Assembly: GCA_963838475.1 (NCBI GenBank)
Contig: CAWIRJ010000005.1
Coordinates: 35,520-99,519 of the forward strand
Source: an uncultured Acidobacteriota bacterium
GTDB lineage: Bacteria > Acidobacteriota > Terriglobia > Acidiferrales > UBA7541
Length of the DNA: 64,000 nt
Direction of reading: 5' to 3'
A program made the translations under genes and the position numbers. Positions 41,101 through 51,209 of this stretch are shown here, one piece after another; position 1 is the stretch's first letter, and each line of letters opens with the position of its first letter. Below the pieces are notes generated by a model. The model was not told the DNA's origin. It did no database searches and worked only from the letters and a program-made list of their open reading frames with translations.

Positions 41101-41161
41101 CGCATAAAAAGATCGTCAACCTTGAATAGTTTGTGGGCTCGCCGCTGGCGAACCAGGAGGA

Positions 41162-42205
41162 ATGTCGCATATGTGGAAGGGATTTCAGAAACCAAAGCGC
41201 TTGGCAGCAGAACCGGAAACACTCACCGATAAGTATGGAAAATTCTCCGCGCAGCCTTTTGAGCGCGGGTGGGGAACTACGGTTGGGAATTCGTTGCGGC
41301 GCGCGTTGTTAAGCTCGGTCGAAGGTGCGGCCATTACCGCGGTCAGGATTGAAGGCGTACTTCACGAATTTTCGCCGATTCCCGGTGTGGTCGAAGATGC
41401 TACCGATATCATTCTTAACCTGAAGCAAGTGCCGTTGAAGTTGAATACGGACCAGCCGAAAACAATCACGTTAGTTGTCGATACGCCCGGACCGGTAACC
41501 TCCGCGAAAATCGAAGAGGATGCCGACATCGCCGTGCTCGATAAAAATGTTTATATCGCGACAGTTAGTGAAGGTGGCAAGCTCGAGTTGGAACTGCGCG
41601 TGAAGAACGGCCGCGGGTATGTAGCCGCGGACCGGAACTTCGACGAGGACTTGCCCATCGGTTACATTCCGATCGACTCGGTTCACTCTCCGGTGCGCAA
41701 GGTCAACTACGCGGTGGAAGCGGCGCGTTTGGGCCAGATGACTGACTACGAAAAGCTCACCCTCGAAGTCTGGACTAACGCGGCAATTACGCCGCAGGAT
41801 GCTATCGGACTCGCTGCGAAACTGATGAAGGATCATATGAGCATCTTCATCAATTTTGAGGAACAGCCGGATTTGCCGGAAGAAGTAGTTGAGAATTACA
41901 GCGATCCCCGCTTGGAATATCTCGACCGATCGGTGGAAGAACTGGAACTTTCGGTGCGTTCTTATAATTGCCTGAAGAACGCAAATATTCAAAACCTGCG
42001 CGAATTGGTGCAGAAGACCGAATCCGAAATGCTGAAGACCAAGAACTTTGGACGCAAGTCGCTAAACGAGATCAAGGACATCTTGGTAAAGATGGGCTTG
42101 AGCCTCGGAATGAAGTTCGACGAGCACGGGCGCATTATCTGGCCGCCATTGCCGAGCCAGACTGCTCCGCCTCCGTCCGAAGAAGGGGAACACGGGGCGC
42201 TTTAG
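41162..42205 (+). CDS. rpoA: DNA-directed RNA polymerase subunit alpha
   Basis: NTD ([11 protein letters not shown]), CTD ([16 protein letters not shown]), and a short Pro-rich tail. Confidence 0.97.
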   Translation: MSHMWKGFQKPKRLAAEPETLTDKYGKFSAQPFERGWGTTVGNSLRRALLSSVEGAAITAVRIEGVLHEFSPIPGVVEDATDIILNLKQVPLKLNTDQPKTITLVVDTPGPVTSAKIEEDADIAVLDKNVYIATVSEGGKLELELRVKNGRGYVAADRNFDEDLPIGYIPIDSVHSPVRKVNYAVEAARLGQMTDYEKLTLEVWTNAAITPQDAIGLAAKLMKDHMSIFINFEEQPDLPEEVVENYSDPRLEYLDRSVEELELSVRSYNCLKNANIQNLRELVQKTESEMLKTKNFGRKSLNEIKDILVKMGLSLGMKFDEHGRIIWPPLPSQTAPPPSEEGEHGAL

Positions 42206-42220
42206 CCCGCGGAATAAATC

Positions 42221-42658
42221 ATGAGACACCTCGTTTCAGGGTCTAAGCTCGGAAAGCAGCCGGCACACCGTCGCGCGGTATTGCGCAATCTCGTTACAAA
42301 TCTTATCGAGAAAGAGCGCATTCAAACCACTATCCTGCGTGCAAGAGCGGCTCGTCCGCTCGCCGAGCGTATGATTACGCTGGGCAAGCGCGATTCGCTG
42401 CACGCACGCCGCCAGGCAGCTTCGTTCCTGACCACGCCTGGCGCTACAAAGAAACTCTTTTCCGACCTCGCTCCTCGCTTTGCGGACCGTCCAGGCGGCT
42501 ACACGCGCATTGTTCGTGTCGGCTGGCGTATCGGCGATGGCGCTGAACTCGCGATTCTTGAGTTTATCGGCTCCGAGCTAAAGAAGAAGGAAAAGAAACC
42601 CAGAAAAGTGGCGGAAGAAGAAGTTCCCGAAGAAAAGGAAGTTGCCGCTAAGAAGTAG
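42221..42658 (+). CDS. rplQ: 50S ribosomal protein L17 (Lys/Glu-rich C-terminal tail)
   Basis: MRHLVSGSKLGKQPAHRRAVLRNL... Confidence 0.96.
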   Translation: MRHLVSGSKLGKQPAHRRAVLRNLVTNLIEKERIQTTILRARAARPLAERMITLGKRDSLHARRQAASFLTTPGATKKLFSDLAPRFADRPGGYTRIVRVGWRIGDGAELAILEFIGSELKKKEKKPRKVAEEEVPEEKEVAAKK

Positions 42659-42680
42659 TTCTCAATGCGATCGAGTAAGC

Positions 42681-42717
42681 AACGGCCCGCAGGCTAAACG
42701 CCAAGCGGGCCGTTTTT
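42681..42717 (+). terminator. Strong intrinsic terminator closing the rpsL...rplQ array
   Basis: AACGGCCCGC (42681-42690) pairs perfectly with GCGGGCCGTT (42705-42714) around a 14-nt loop, followed by TTT. A third arm copy lies at 42733-42742. Confidence 0.85.
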
Positions 42718-42740
42718 AGTTTCGCAGGTTAAGCGGGCCG

Positions 42741-44585
42741 TTATTTGATTCCCATCCAACTCTTGTAAATAGCCTGCTGCTCCTGGGTAGGATGTTCCAT
42801 CGGTTTCAACGTGTAGGTGGGATAAGGACTGGCGATTAAAGTGACCGGAATTTCTCTCACCATGCCCAAACGGATCACCGTAATGCGCAGCCTATCTCCA
42901 GGCTTGTGATCTGAGATGGTTTCGGAAAATCCTTCTGCGTCCACGGTGCGTCCATCAATTCCGATAACCACGTCGTCGCGGTCCAAACCTGCATTGTCAG
43001 CGGCGCCGCCGGGAATCACATTCGTGATTTTTGCATGACCATCGTCACTCTTGCTTTGGCTGATGCCCAGCCATGGCTTTTCGGAGTCTACTTTCTTTTC
43101 AACCGCGATTCCGGCATAAGCAAAATATTCGTCATACGGAATCGGTTCCTTGCCGGAAATATATTTGCTAAACACAGCGCTGAGATCGGTTCCGGCCACC
43201 TCCGACGCCGTTTTTACCGCATCATCGGGTTGAAATCCCGGCTTCGGAAGTGCATAGCGTGAGTACATCAGGCGCATCCAGTCGTCGAGCGACTTTCGGT
43301 TATTCGTATTCTTGCGGATGACGAAATCCAGGATGTGCCCCATGATTTGGCCGCCGTCGTAATAGGAGTAATTTGTATTTTTTAAATTGTTAAACTGAGT
43401 TATGACATCGCCGTTGTACCAGGTATCCCAGCTTGTGTCTTCGATACTGCGTTCGCTCCTGCCGGGATTCTGCTCGAACTTTGTAATCATATAGGCAATC
43501 TCATCCAGATATTGCTTTGGCGTAATAAGCCCGGCACGTTCCAAGGCGAGTGCTCCGTAATAACTAGTCAATCCCTCGGATATCCACAACGACGGAGTAT
43601 GTACCATCTGCGAATAATCAAACGGGCCGAGTGGAAGCGGCCGCAATCGCTTCACATTCCAAGCATGGAAAAACTCATGCGCGGTAACGAAGAGTTTCAA
43701 ATTGTATTGCGAGCCGTAGCCTGGGACGGGGTCTTGCGAATCCCAATCTCTAGAAAAATCAATCTGTGTCGAGTTCAAATGTTCTAGGCCACCGCCAGCA
43801 TTCGGCCAAACATGGAAGAGGAACCAGTAATCCTTGAATGGCGCGGGTTGCTTCGTGCCGGTTACCGAGCTGAACATCGGCACGATCGTTGCCACGAATT
43901 TTTGCATATCCTCTGCGAATTGCGAAAAATCCTTCTGTCCTTCTACATCGTGGACGATCACGTGGTAAGTTGACCCGAGAACCTCGAAATTCTTTTCTGC
44001 GAAATCTGAAATTTCTAGCGGCGCGTCAGCGAACCAGTCGTAATTGGAGGCACGAAATGTATGATCGGAGGTGCGCTCCATTCCCGTAGCCACTTTCCAG
44101 CCCTGGGGTGTCTCAATAGTGACGTCAACCGGGCGCTCTTTCCCTCCCACTAGATACATCCAAACGGACGGGCCGCCAATGAACGCATGTCGCTCGTTGT
44201 ATTGAGCTTGATTGTTACGCAGCGTATCGCCGAAAACCTGATAGGAAATCGTAACTGCATTTGCGCCCGCAAGATCGATGCGCCAGGTCTGGCTGTCCGT
44301 TTTATGCCAAACCAATTCTTTGCTGTTCGGGCCGAACGCGCGAAATCCCTGGATATTCGCGGAATAATTTTGCAGGTAATACGAGCCCGGCGCCCAATCG
44401 GGAATCGCGAAATCCACGGCGGGTCCTTCCAAATCCGCCGCACGTATCGATACGTCCATCAAATGTGTGTTTGGCCGCTCGAAACGCAGTTCGTAATGCA
44501 GGGCATCAGCCGCTTTTATGGAGCCGCAACTCAGAACGACAAGTATTGCGAGAATCCATAATCTATCCAGAATGCGATGTGACAT
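42741..44585 (-). CDS. Secreted M61 (glycyl aminopeptidase) family metallopeptidase with C-terminal PDZ domain
   Basis: HEFFHAWNV zinc motif, signal peptide after ATG 44585 (GAAAGGA SD), PDZ-like C-terminus. The ORF-track start at 44708 is over-extended. Confidence 0.88.
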   Translation of the reverse strand: MSHRILDRLWILAILVVLSCGSIKAADALHYELRFERPNTHLMDVSIRAADLEGPAVDFAIPDWAPGSYYLQNYSANIQGFRAFGPNSKELVWHKTDSQTWRIDLAGANAVTISYQVFGDTLRNNQAQYNERHAFIGGPSVWMYLVGGKERPVDVTIETPQGWKVATGMERTSDHTFRASNYDWFADAPLEISDFAEKNFEVLGSTYHVIVHDVEGQKDFSQFAEDMQKFVATIVPMFSSVTGTKQPAPFKDYWFLFHVWPNAGGGLEHLNSTQIDFSRDWDSQDPVPGYGSQYNLKLFVTAHEFFHAWNVKRLRPLPLGPFDYSQMVHTPSLWISEGLTSYYGALALERAGLITPKQYLDEIAYMITKFEQNPGRSERSIEDTSWDTWYNGDVITQFNNLKNTNYSYYDGGQIMGHILDFVIRKNTNNRKSLDDWMRLMYSRYALPKPGFQPDDAVKTASEVAGTDLSAVFSKYISGKEPIPYDEYFAYAGIAVEKKVDSEKPWLGISQSKSDDGHAKITNVIPGGAADNAGLDRDDVVIGIDGRTVDAEGFSETISDHKPGDRLRITVIRLGMVREIPVTLIASPYPTYTLKPMEHPTQEQQAIYKSWMGIK

Positions 44586-44610
44586 AGCCGTCCTTTCATG
44601 AAAGTGAAAA

Positions 44611-45102
44611 TCAATGAGGTGCCATGGCGTTCGGCTCGGCCGGTGGCAAAGGATCACCTCTTCGCTTCCTTCGGAGATCTCCAAAAAGCACAACAAGGGC
44701 AACAACAATCTGTGCAGCGATCCCGCCCGCTGTATCGATCAGCACATCAGAAACTGCTGCCGTCCGGCCCGGAACGAATGATTGATGGAACTCATCGAGC
44801 GCCGCATAGCATGCCACAATCGCGATCGCTACGAGGGCCCAGCCCAAGTGAGTACCGGGTTTCCCGGCGCGAATTCCTCGCAAAATCAAAAGGCTCAAGA
44901 CAAAATATTCGGTGACGTGACCCATCTTGCGTATGAAATGATGAACAAGGAATAGCGTTTCTTGTGACGCGTGCGGAAAAAACCATCTCAAAATTGGAAC
45001 GATGATCCGGCTGGTATTATCTGAGGAAAATACACCGGTAGAAAATGTGGATATCACGATCGCCCATAAAAGTGCGGGCCACCAACGTTGGAGCCATCGC
45101 AT
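44611..45102 (-). CDS. VanZ-like integral membrane protein
   Basis: 4-5 TM helices and VanZ-type motifs (HFIRKMGHVTEYFVL...DEFHQSFVPGR). Confidence 0.8.
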   Translation of the reverse strand: MRWLQRWWPALLWAIVISTFSTGVFSSDNTSRIIVPILRWFFPHASQETLFLVHHFIRKMGHVTEYFVLSLLILRGIRAGKPGTHLGWALVAIAIVACYAALDEFHQSFVPGRTAAVSDVLIDTAGGIAAQIVVALVVLFGDLRRKRRGDPLPPAEPNAMAPH

Positions 45103-45165
45103 GCTACAGGACCAGCTCGGAAGTCGGAAAGTTGTTTAACGAATTTACTTCGGCTGGCCTTGACA

Positions 45166-46626
45166 TTATTCCAGACGGTAGTTCGGGGCTTCCCGCGTGA
45201 TGATTACGTCATGTACGTGGCTCTCACGCAGCCCGGCTTGCGAGATGCGTATGAACTGGCTGCGTTCCCGCAGTTCGTTAAGATTCGCCGTGCCGCAATA
45301 ACCCATTCCGCTGCGCAGGCCGCCGACCAACTGCTCCACGAGGGCCGACAAAGGGCCCTTATAGGGAACTTGGCCCTCGATGCCTTCCGGCACAGATTTA
45401 CCTCGCTCCGCGTTTTCTTGCGCGTAACGATCGGCGGAGCCCGCTTCCATGGCTCCGATTGATCCCATGCCGCGATAAGACTTGAAAGTGCGGCCTTGAT
45501 ACAAAATCGTTTCGCCCGGAGATTCTTCTGTCCCCGCAAACAGCCCACCAATCATCACGGAGGAGGCGCCCGCCGCCAGAGCTTTGCTGATGTCTCCTGA
45601 AAACTTAATGCCGCCATCGGCGATCAGTGGAACTCCTGTATCTTTTGCTGCGCGCGCGCACTCCAGAATTGCAGTTATCTGCGGAACGCCTGCTCCGGTA
45701 ACCACACGCGTGGTGCATATCGATCCCGGACCGATTCCAACTTTCAAACCGTCCACTCCGAGCGAAATAAGTTCCCGCGTACCATCCGCGGTGGCCACAT
45801 TTCCAGCGACCACTTGCATATTCGGCAGCTTGGATTTTACGGCGCGAATAGCGTCCATCACCCGAGTCGTATGCCCGTGTGCCGTATCGATAGCGAGTAC
45901 GTCGGCGCTTCCGCGCGCTAGTTCTTGCGCACGCTCCAGAAAATCTCCGGTCGCGCCAATCGCTGCACCCACACGAAGCCGACCATGCTCATCTTTTGTT
46001 GCGTTCGGAAATTCGATCTTTTTCTGAATATCTTTTACGGTAATCAGGCCTTTCAAATTGAAATCCGCGTCGACCACTAAGAGTTTCTCGATGCGGTGGC
46101 GCTGCAAAATTTTCTCAGCTTCTTCAAGCGTCGTGCCCACTGGAACTGTGACCAGATTATCCTTAGTCATGATTCCACTGACGGGCTGATCCAGATTTCG
46201 TTCAAACCGCAAATCCCGATTGGTCAAGATTCCCAGTAAGTGCGAGCCTCGCGTAACCGGCAGTCCTGAAACTTTGTACTTGTTCATGATGTCCAGAGCC
46301 TGGCGCACGGAAAGCTCGGGCGCAATCGTCACCGGATCCACAATCATCCCGCTTTCGGAGCGCTTTACCTTGTCCACTTCCTCGGCCTGGCGGTCAATGG
46401 ACATGTTCCTGTGAATAAAACCGATTCCGCCCTGCCGCGAAATGGCGATGGCGAGAGGCGAGTCCGTCACCGTGTCCATGGCCGCAGACACGATGGGAAT
46501 ATTCAACGAAATAGTGCGCGTGAGGCACGTGCGCGTATCCGCCTGCGCCGGAAGCACTGATGACCTGCCGGGCAAGAGCAGCACGTCATCGAACGTCAGA
46601 CCCTCGGGAATAGCTCCTTCAATCAT
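45166..46626 (-). CDS. guaB: IMP dehydrogenase
   Basis: Catalytic loop [11 protein letters not shown], tandem CBS insert, GGIKFSGDI. 486 aa. Confidence 0.97.
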   Translation of the reverse strand: MIEGAIPEGLTFDDVLLLPGRSSVLPAQADTRTCLTRTISLNIPIVSAAMDTVTDSPLAIAISRQGGIGFIHRNMSIDRQAEEVDKVKRSESGMIVDPVTIAPELSVRQALDIMNKYKVSGLPVTRGSHLLGILTNRDLRFERNLDQPVSGIMTKDNLVTVPVGTTLEEAEKILQRHRIEKLLVVDADFNLKGLITVKDIQKKIEFPNATKDEHGRLRVGAAIGATGDFLERAQELARGSADVLAIDTAHGHTTRVMDAIRAVKSKLPNMQVVAGNVATADGTRELISLGVDGLKVGIGPGSICTTRVVTGAGVPQITAILECARAAKDTGVPLIADGGIKFSGDISKALAAGASSVMIGGLFAGTEESPGETILYQGRTFKSYRGMGSIGAMEAGSADRYAQENAERGKSVPEGIEGQVPYKGPLSALVEQLVGGLRSGMGYCGTANLNELRERSQFIRISQAGLRESHVHDVIITREAPNYRLE

Positions 46627-46666
46627 CTATACTCCTGTGCTTGTCCAATCGGCCATAAACTACAAT

Positions 46667-46687
46667 GCCCAGCAAGGCTCGCTGGGC
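46667..46687 (-). terminator. Hairpin between the anti-sigma gene and guaB (possible terminator, weak U-tract)
   Basis: GCCCAGC (46667-46673) pairs with GCTGGGC (46681-46687) around a 7-nt loop. Confidence 0.3.
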
Positions 46688-46794
46688 TCGAAGGATAGAT
46701 TCATTTGTCGCGAAAGACCTTCATTGTGGAATTCACGATTTTAGGCTTAACGGAGGCCGAAATCAAGGCGGGCAGTGCAGCGATAAACAACCGC

Positions 46795-47550
46795 TTATCT
46801 GCTAAGAAGATCCGCGAACTGACTGAGTTCGGTGGTATTCAGGTCGGACACGGCGTAGTAGTTCATGCCATTATGTGACCAGAAAACTAAGTTGTACCCT
46901 TGAATGGTCTGAACTTCCGGGGTCTTCGCGCTGTTCTTTTCTTCGGGCCAAATGAACACGTTGATGAAGTGTTTCTGTCGCTGATAGACAAGAGCGGCCA
47001 CATTGCGCCGGCCGACGTAATCAAGCCGACCGCCAACCAGTGGAAAACCCTGTGTTGCGAGATCGACAACCGGCGGGGCAAAATCCAATTTGCCGTCGAA
47101 CCACGGCTTAACGGTATGCTGGTCGGTGGACTCGACATCCATTAGATGTCCTGGCTGAAGCGAGCGAATGTGACTGGCAACGATTTCCTCGGCAACCAGG
47201 TCTTGCTTCTGCCCTCCGATATCGGGGATCACCTTGGCGCCGAGAAACACCGCTATCAGGATGGCCGCGGCAATCACAAGCCACTCGATTACGGGCCGTC
47301 GGGATGTTGAAATGGATCGCGGTCGCGCCTCTGCTGGGAGTGCCGCTCGAAGGCGAGCGCGCAGGCTATCCGGTGCGCGTTCATAGAGATTCGCTGCCCG
47401 CAATGAATCGCGCAAGGCCTTCTGTTCGCTCAGTTCAGCAGAGCATTGAGCGCATGTCTTCAAATGCTCCTCGAATTCGAGGCTGCGAACGAGATCGAGT
47501 TCGCCGTCGAAATATGCGCGGAGCAAGCGTTCGTTATTTTCGCAGGCCAC
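46795..47550 (-). CDS. Anti-sigma factor (zf-HC2 N-terminus, one TM helix, extracytoplasmic C-terminal domain)
   Basis: H-x3-C-x2-C motif (HLKTCAQC), TM helix VIEWLVIAAAILIAVFLGA, and a 17-nt overlap with the upstream sigma gene. Confidence 0.85.
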   Translation of the reverse strand: MACENNERLLRAYFDGELDLVRSLEFEEHLKTCAQCSAELSEQKALRDSLRAANLYERAPDSLRARLRAALPAEARPRSISTSRRPVIEWLVIAAAILIAVFLGAKVIPDIGGQKQDLVAEEIVASHIRSLQPGHLMDVESTDQHTVKPWFDGKLDFAPPVVDLATQGFPLVGGRLDYVGRRNVAALVYQRQKHFINVFIWPEEKNSAKTPEVQTIQGYNLVFWSHNGMNYYAVSDLNTTELSQFADLLSR

Positions 47551-48091
47551 GTTGCTTCTCCTCGGCGCGCACTCGAATCAGCCGCTCCTTTAATTGGCTG
47601 CGGGCGCGAGCCAGGCCTGACATGATCGTGCCGACAGGTTTACCCATCACCTCAGCGATTTCCTTGTAAGACATACCTTCAAGCTCGCGCAGTACTATGA
47701 CTTCGCGAAAGTTTACCGGCAGTTCGTCGAGCGCTTCGCGAAGCATCTGACTGTCGACCGACCGCAAAAGCGCGCCTTCAACACCGGATTGCTCAGACAC
47801 GCTCGTATGTATGGCCTCGTCAAATTCTTCCACGAGGTTAGCGGGCCGATTTTTCTCAAGAAACGAATAGCTCGTATTGCGCACGATTTTTAGCACCCAG
47901 GCGCGAGCATCGCCACCCTGATAACCACTGAAGAACTTGAAAGCGCGGAGATACGCCTCCTGAACGATGTCCTCGGCGTCCTGGGGCTTACGCACGAGCC
48001 AGCGCGCAAGATTGTAGGCCGCATCCAAATGCGGCAGCACAACCTGCTCAAAACTCCCGGCTTGCCTAGGCTCCCAGGTTTCATCCCGCAT
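47534..48091 (-). CDS. ECF-type RNA polymerase sigma-70 factor
   Basis: Region 2 (DAEDIVQEAYLRAF...) and region 4 HTH (LEGMSYKEIAEVMGKPVGTIMSGLARAR). 185 aa. Confidence 0.92.
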   Translation of the reverse strand: MRDETWEPRQAGSFEQVVLPHLDAAYNLARWLVRKPQDAEDIVQEAYLRAFKFFSGYQGGDARAWVLKIVRNTSYSFLEKNRPANLVEEFDEAIHTSVSEQSGVEGALLRSVDSQMLREALDELPVNFREVIVLRELEGMSYKEIAEVMGKPVGTIMSGLARARSQLKERLIRVRAEEKQRGLRK

Positions 48092-48116
48092 GAGAGCATT
48101 AGACTCTCAGCCTTCC

Positions 48117-48143
48117 AGACCGGATATCAACCACTTTTATTCC
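48117..48143 (-). promoter_or_regulatory. Putative ECF-type promoter of the sigma/anti-sigma operon
   Basis: Minus strand reads GGAAT (48143-48139), 17 nt, GGTCT (48121-48117), with 25 nt to the sigma ATG. Confidence 0.5.
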
Positions 48144-48199
48144 ACCTAGTTAAAAAGAACTCACTATTTCGACTTGTTCGAATTTTCTCGCAATTAGCG

Positions 48200-48226
48200 G
48201 GAATTTTTGCCGAGCCGTTGGTGTCT
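48200..48226 (+). promoter_or_regulatory. Putative ECF-type promoter of the phosphoesterase-cupredoxin-DUF2231 operon
   Basis: GGAAT (48200-48204), 17 nt, TGTCT (48222-48226), with 53 nt to the ATG. Same architecture as the divergent promoter. Confidence 0.5.
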
Positions 48227-48279
48227 GGATCGGTGAGCGCAACGCACAGACTTCCACAAGGCGGCGCCGGGGAGGAAAA

Positions 48280-49239
48280 ATGTCGGACTACATCAAAGAA
48301 AACCTTGATCACGACGGAGTGGATCGTCGCGGCTTTCTGAAGTGCATGGCCTGGGCGGGAACGGGAACGCTCTGTCTTCTGCAAGGCGGTGTTTTGAAAT
48401 CATTTGCTTTGGCCGATGTCTTGCGAAAAAACGTTGGAAATCTGAAGGGTGATCTCAGCTTTGTGCAAATCAGCGACAGCCATATCGGCTTCAATAAGCC
48501 GGCAAATCCAGACGTGACTGCGACTTTGCGCGAAGCCATCGCGAAGGTCAATGCTCTTCCCACGCCCCCTTCATTCGTTCTTCACACAGGCGATCTGACG
48601 CACCTTTCAAAACCGGAGGAATTCGACACGTTGGCTGAGTCGTTGAAAAGCCTGAAGACCGACAAGATTTTCTACGTTCCAGGCGAGCACGACGTCCTCA
48701 ATGATAACGGCGAAGCGTTTCACGAACGTTTCGGCCAAGCGACTCAAGGCGATGGCTGGTATAGCTTCGACCAGAAGGGCGCGCATTTCATTGGACTCGT
48801 TAATGTCCTGAACCTCAAAGCTGGCGGTCTTGGCAATCTTGGCCACGATCAACTCGAGTGGTTGGAGAAAGACGTCGCTAGCTTGAAAAGCAGCACGCCC
48901 GTTGTTGTCTTTGCTCACATTCCGTTGTGGTCAGTTTATCCACAGTGGGGTTGGGGAACAGATGACAGTGAACAAGCGCTCTCTTCCCTAAAGCGATTTG
49001 GCTCTGTAACGGTTTTGAACGGACATATCCACCAGACCATGCAAAAAATCGAGGGGAACGTTGCCTTTCACACGGCCTGTTCCACGGCTTTCCCTCAACC
49101 ACAGCCGGGGCAGGCCGATTCTCCCGGTCCAATGAAAGTTCCAGCTGAAAAGCTCCGCAGTTTGCTTGGTATTACGGACGTGAACTTCGTCCGCGGCAAA
49201 CACACATTGGCGATCGTTGACTCACCACTTCAAGGCTAA
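48280..49239 (+). CDS. Tat-exported calcineurin-like metallophosphoesterase
   Basis: Twin-arginine motif RRGFLK. Metal motifs ISDSH, TGDLTH, PGEHD, FAHIP, NGHIH. Confidence 0.88.
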   Translation: MSDYIKENLDHDGVDRRGFLKCMAWAGTGTLCLLQGGVLKSFALADVLRKNVGNLKGDLSFVQISDSHIGFNKPANPDVTATLREAIAKVNALPTPPSFVLHTGDLTHLSKPEEFDTLAESLKSLKTDKIFYVPGEHDVLNDNGEAFHERFGQATQGDGWYSFDQKGAHFIGLVNVLNLKAGGLGNLGHDQLEWLEKDVASLKSSTPVVVFAHIPLWSVYPQWGWGTDDSEQALSSLKRFGSVTVLNGHIHQTMQKIEGNVAFHTACSTAFPQPQPGQADSPGPMKVPAEKLRSLLGITDVNFVRGKHTLAIVDSPLQG

Positions 49240-49250
49240 GGAGAATTCTA

Positions 49251-49637
49251 ATGCGTCATCAAAAAATGCAAATAACTAAAACAGCAAAGATTCTCGGCAT
49301 GGTGATCTTCACAGCAACTTTATTTTCATTGCCGCTTGCGAGCGGGCCTTTGCAAATGGGCCCAGTCGCCGCAGCGGAGGCGAAACCCAACGTGACTGCG
49401 ATAACCATCGATAACTTCAGCTTCGCGCCGATGCAGATTGAAATCGCGGCGGGCACCCAGGTTACATGGATTAATAAAGACGACGTGCCGCACACCGTCG
49501 TAAGCGTCGATCACAAGTTCAAATCGCGAGCGCTTGATACGGACGAGAGTTTTTCGTTTACGTTCCAGGATCCGGGAACTTATGAATACTTCTGCTCAGT
49601 CCATCCCAAAATGACCGGCAAAATTGTTGTGAAGTGA
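49251..49637 (+). CDS. Secreted cupredoxin (plastocyanin/amicyanin-like type-1 copper protein)
   Basis: Signal peptide. Ligand pattern H (VPHTV) ... C-x2-H-x2-M (FCSVHPKM). 11 nt after the upstream gene. Confidence 0.85.
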   Translation: MRHQKMQITKTAKILGMVIFTATLFSLPLASGPLQMGPVAAAEAKPNVTAITIDNFSFAPMQIEIAAGTQVTWINKDDVPHTVVSVDHKFKSRALDTDESFSFTFQDPGTYEYFCSVHPKMTGKIVVK

Positions 49638-49647
49638 GCGCCAATCC

Positions 49648-50097
49648 ATGAATCCATATAACCTCCGCGAAGCTTTGCTAGCAAAGCACGCCCAACACGT
49701 GGTCTTGATCCACTTTCCCATCGCTCTGTTCTTAGCGGGTGTGATCTTCGATTTCGCCGCCTACTTTACAAAGCGTAGTGCCTTAGCCGCAGCCGCATAT
49801 TACAACTTCGTCGTGGCCGCGATCTCGACTGTGCCGGTCGTTGCGACAGGTTTACTTGCCTGGCAATTTCAGCTGGAAGGGCAACGGCTCAAAGGAATAT
49901 TGTTGCAACACTTGCTGCTGGGTCTAACGTCCAGCGTGATGATCTGCGTCACTTGGTATATGCACTTTCGATCGAGGCGTGCTTCGGAGCAGACGCCGCC
50001 GCGGTTTCGTCTACCAGTCGAACTTGTGGCCGTAGCAATCATTGTTATGACGGCGCACCTGGGCGGATATTTGACCGGCGTTAATATTCCAAGCTAG
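49648..50097 (+). CDS. DUF2231-like integral membrane protein (4 TM)
   Basis: IHFPIALFLAGVIFD-type first helix and four hydrophobic segments. 10 nt after the cupredoxin gene. Family label is from memory only. Confidence 0.7.
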   Translation: MNPYNLREALLAKHAQHVVLIHFPIALFLAGVIFDFAAYFTKRSALAAAAYYNFVVAAISTVPVVATGLLAWQFQLEGQRLKGILLQHLLLGLTSSVMICVTWYMHFRSRRASEQTPPRFRLPVELVAVAIIVMTAHLGGYLTGVNIPS

Positions 50098-50166
50098 GGC
50101 CACCCATGGGAGTTGAGTTGGTCGTGCACCTTGCGCGTCATTCTCTGAGTCCCTACCATAAGAAGG

Positions 50167-51162
50167 GTGAAAGAGTTCGTCCCACACAAGCGACTTCGCA
50201 ATCCGCATTTGATGACCATCGCAGCTGCGTTCTGGCGCCGCAAGTACCCAGGATTGCCCAAGGGCCATGCGCGCTTCTTCAACCTTGAAGAGGGAACGCA
50301 AGTTCGAGGAGAGTGCCACTGGCAGGAGAATCGCCAAACGCATCCTACGCTTGTTCTGCTTCACGGCCTCGAAGGCTCGAGCGAATCAGCGTACATGTTC
50401 GGGACGGCCGAGAAGGCCTTCGTTTCAGGATTTAACGTAATTCGACTAAATCAACGAAACTGCGGTGGCACCGAGAAACTCACTCCCACGCTTTACCATT
50501 CCGGCTTGAGTGGCGATATCGCGGGTGTCTTGCTCGAATTGATCAACCAGGACGGTCTGCCGGAGATCTTTGCTGCCGGTTTTTCCATGGGCGGCAACCT
50601 GGTACTAAAGATGGCCGGTGAATTTAGAGATGCGGCGCCTCTAGAGCTGCGGGCAATCGTAGCGATTGCCCCGGCTCTGGATTTGGCCGCTTGCGCTGAT
50701 GCTCTGGCTCAGCCTCGAAATTTCTTATACAACCGCCATTTCGTGAAGAGCCTGAAGAAACACATGCGCTACAAATCAAGTCTATATCCCGACCTTTTTC
50801 CGCTTGAATTCTCCTCTTTCAGACGTATTAGAACCGTGCGGGATTTCGATGATGTAGTGACCGCACGTTTCTGTGGCTTTCAGGATGCTGCGGATTACTA
50901 CAAACGCTCGAGCGCCTCAAACTTGATTTCAGCAATCAAGCGCCCTACTCTGATATTAACTGCGCAGGACGACCCTTTCGTTCCGTTCAGACCGTTTCAA
51001 AATTTCGCGATTCAGGAAAATCCGTACATCACCTTGGTCGCGCCACCCCACGGCGGCCATTGCGCGTTCATTTCTGAGGAGCGAGGCGCAGATCGATTCT
51101 GGGCTGAAGCGAGAATAGTCGAATTCTGTCTGAGCAAATCCTCGATGAACGAAAGTCGTTAG
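50167..51162 (+). CDS. Alpha/beta-fold hydrolase (YheT/COG0429-like)
   Basis: Nucleophile elbow GFSMGGN. The N-terminal NPHLMT motif is retained only with GTG 50167. Confidence 0.82.
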   Translation: MKEFVPHKRLRNPHLMTIAAAFWRRKYPGLPKGHARFFNLEEGTQVRGECHWQENRQTHPTLVLLHGLEGSSESAYMFGTAEKAFVSGFNVIRLNQRNCGGTEKLTPTLYHSGLSGDIAGVLLELINQDGLPEIFAAGFSMGGNLVLKMAGEFRDAAPLELRAIVAIAPALDLAACADALAQPRNFLYNRHFVKSLKKHMRYKSSLYPDLFPLEFSSFRRIRTVRDFDDVVTARFCGFQDAADYYKRSSASNLISAIKRPTLILTAQDDPFVPFRPFQNFAIQENPYITLVAPPHGGHCAFISEERGADRFWAEARIVEFCLSKSSMNESR

Positions 51163-51209
51163 CGCACTTGGTTGGCCAGTTTAGGAGGAATCGTCAAGCA
51201 ATCGGCATT

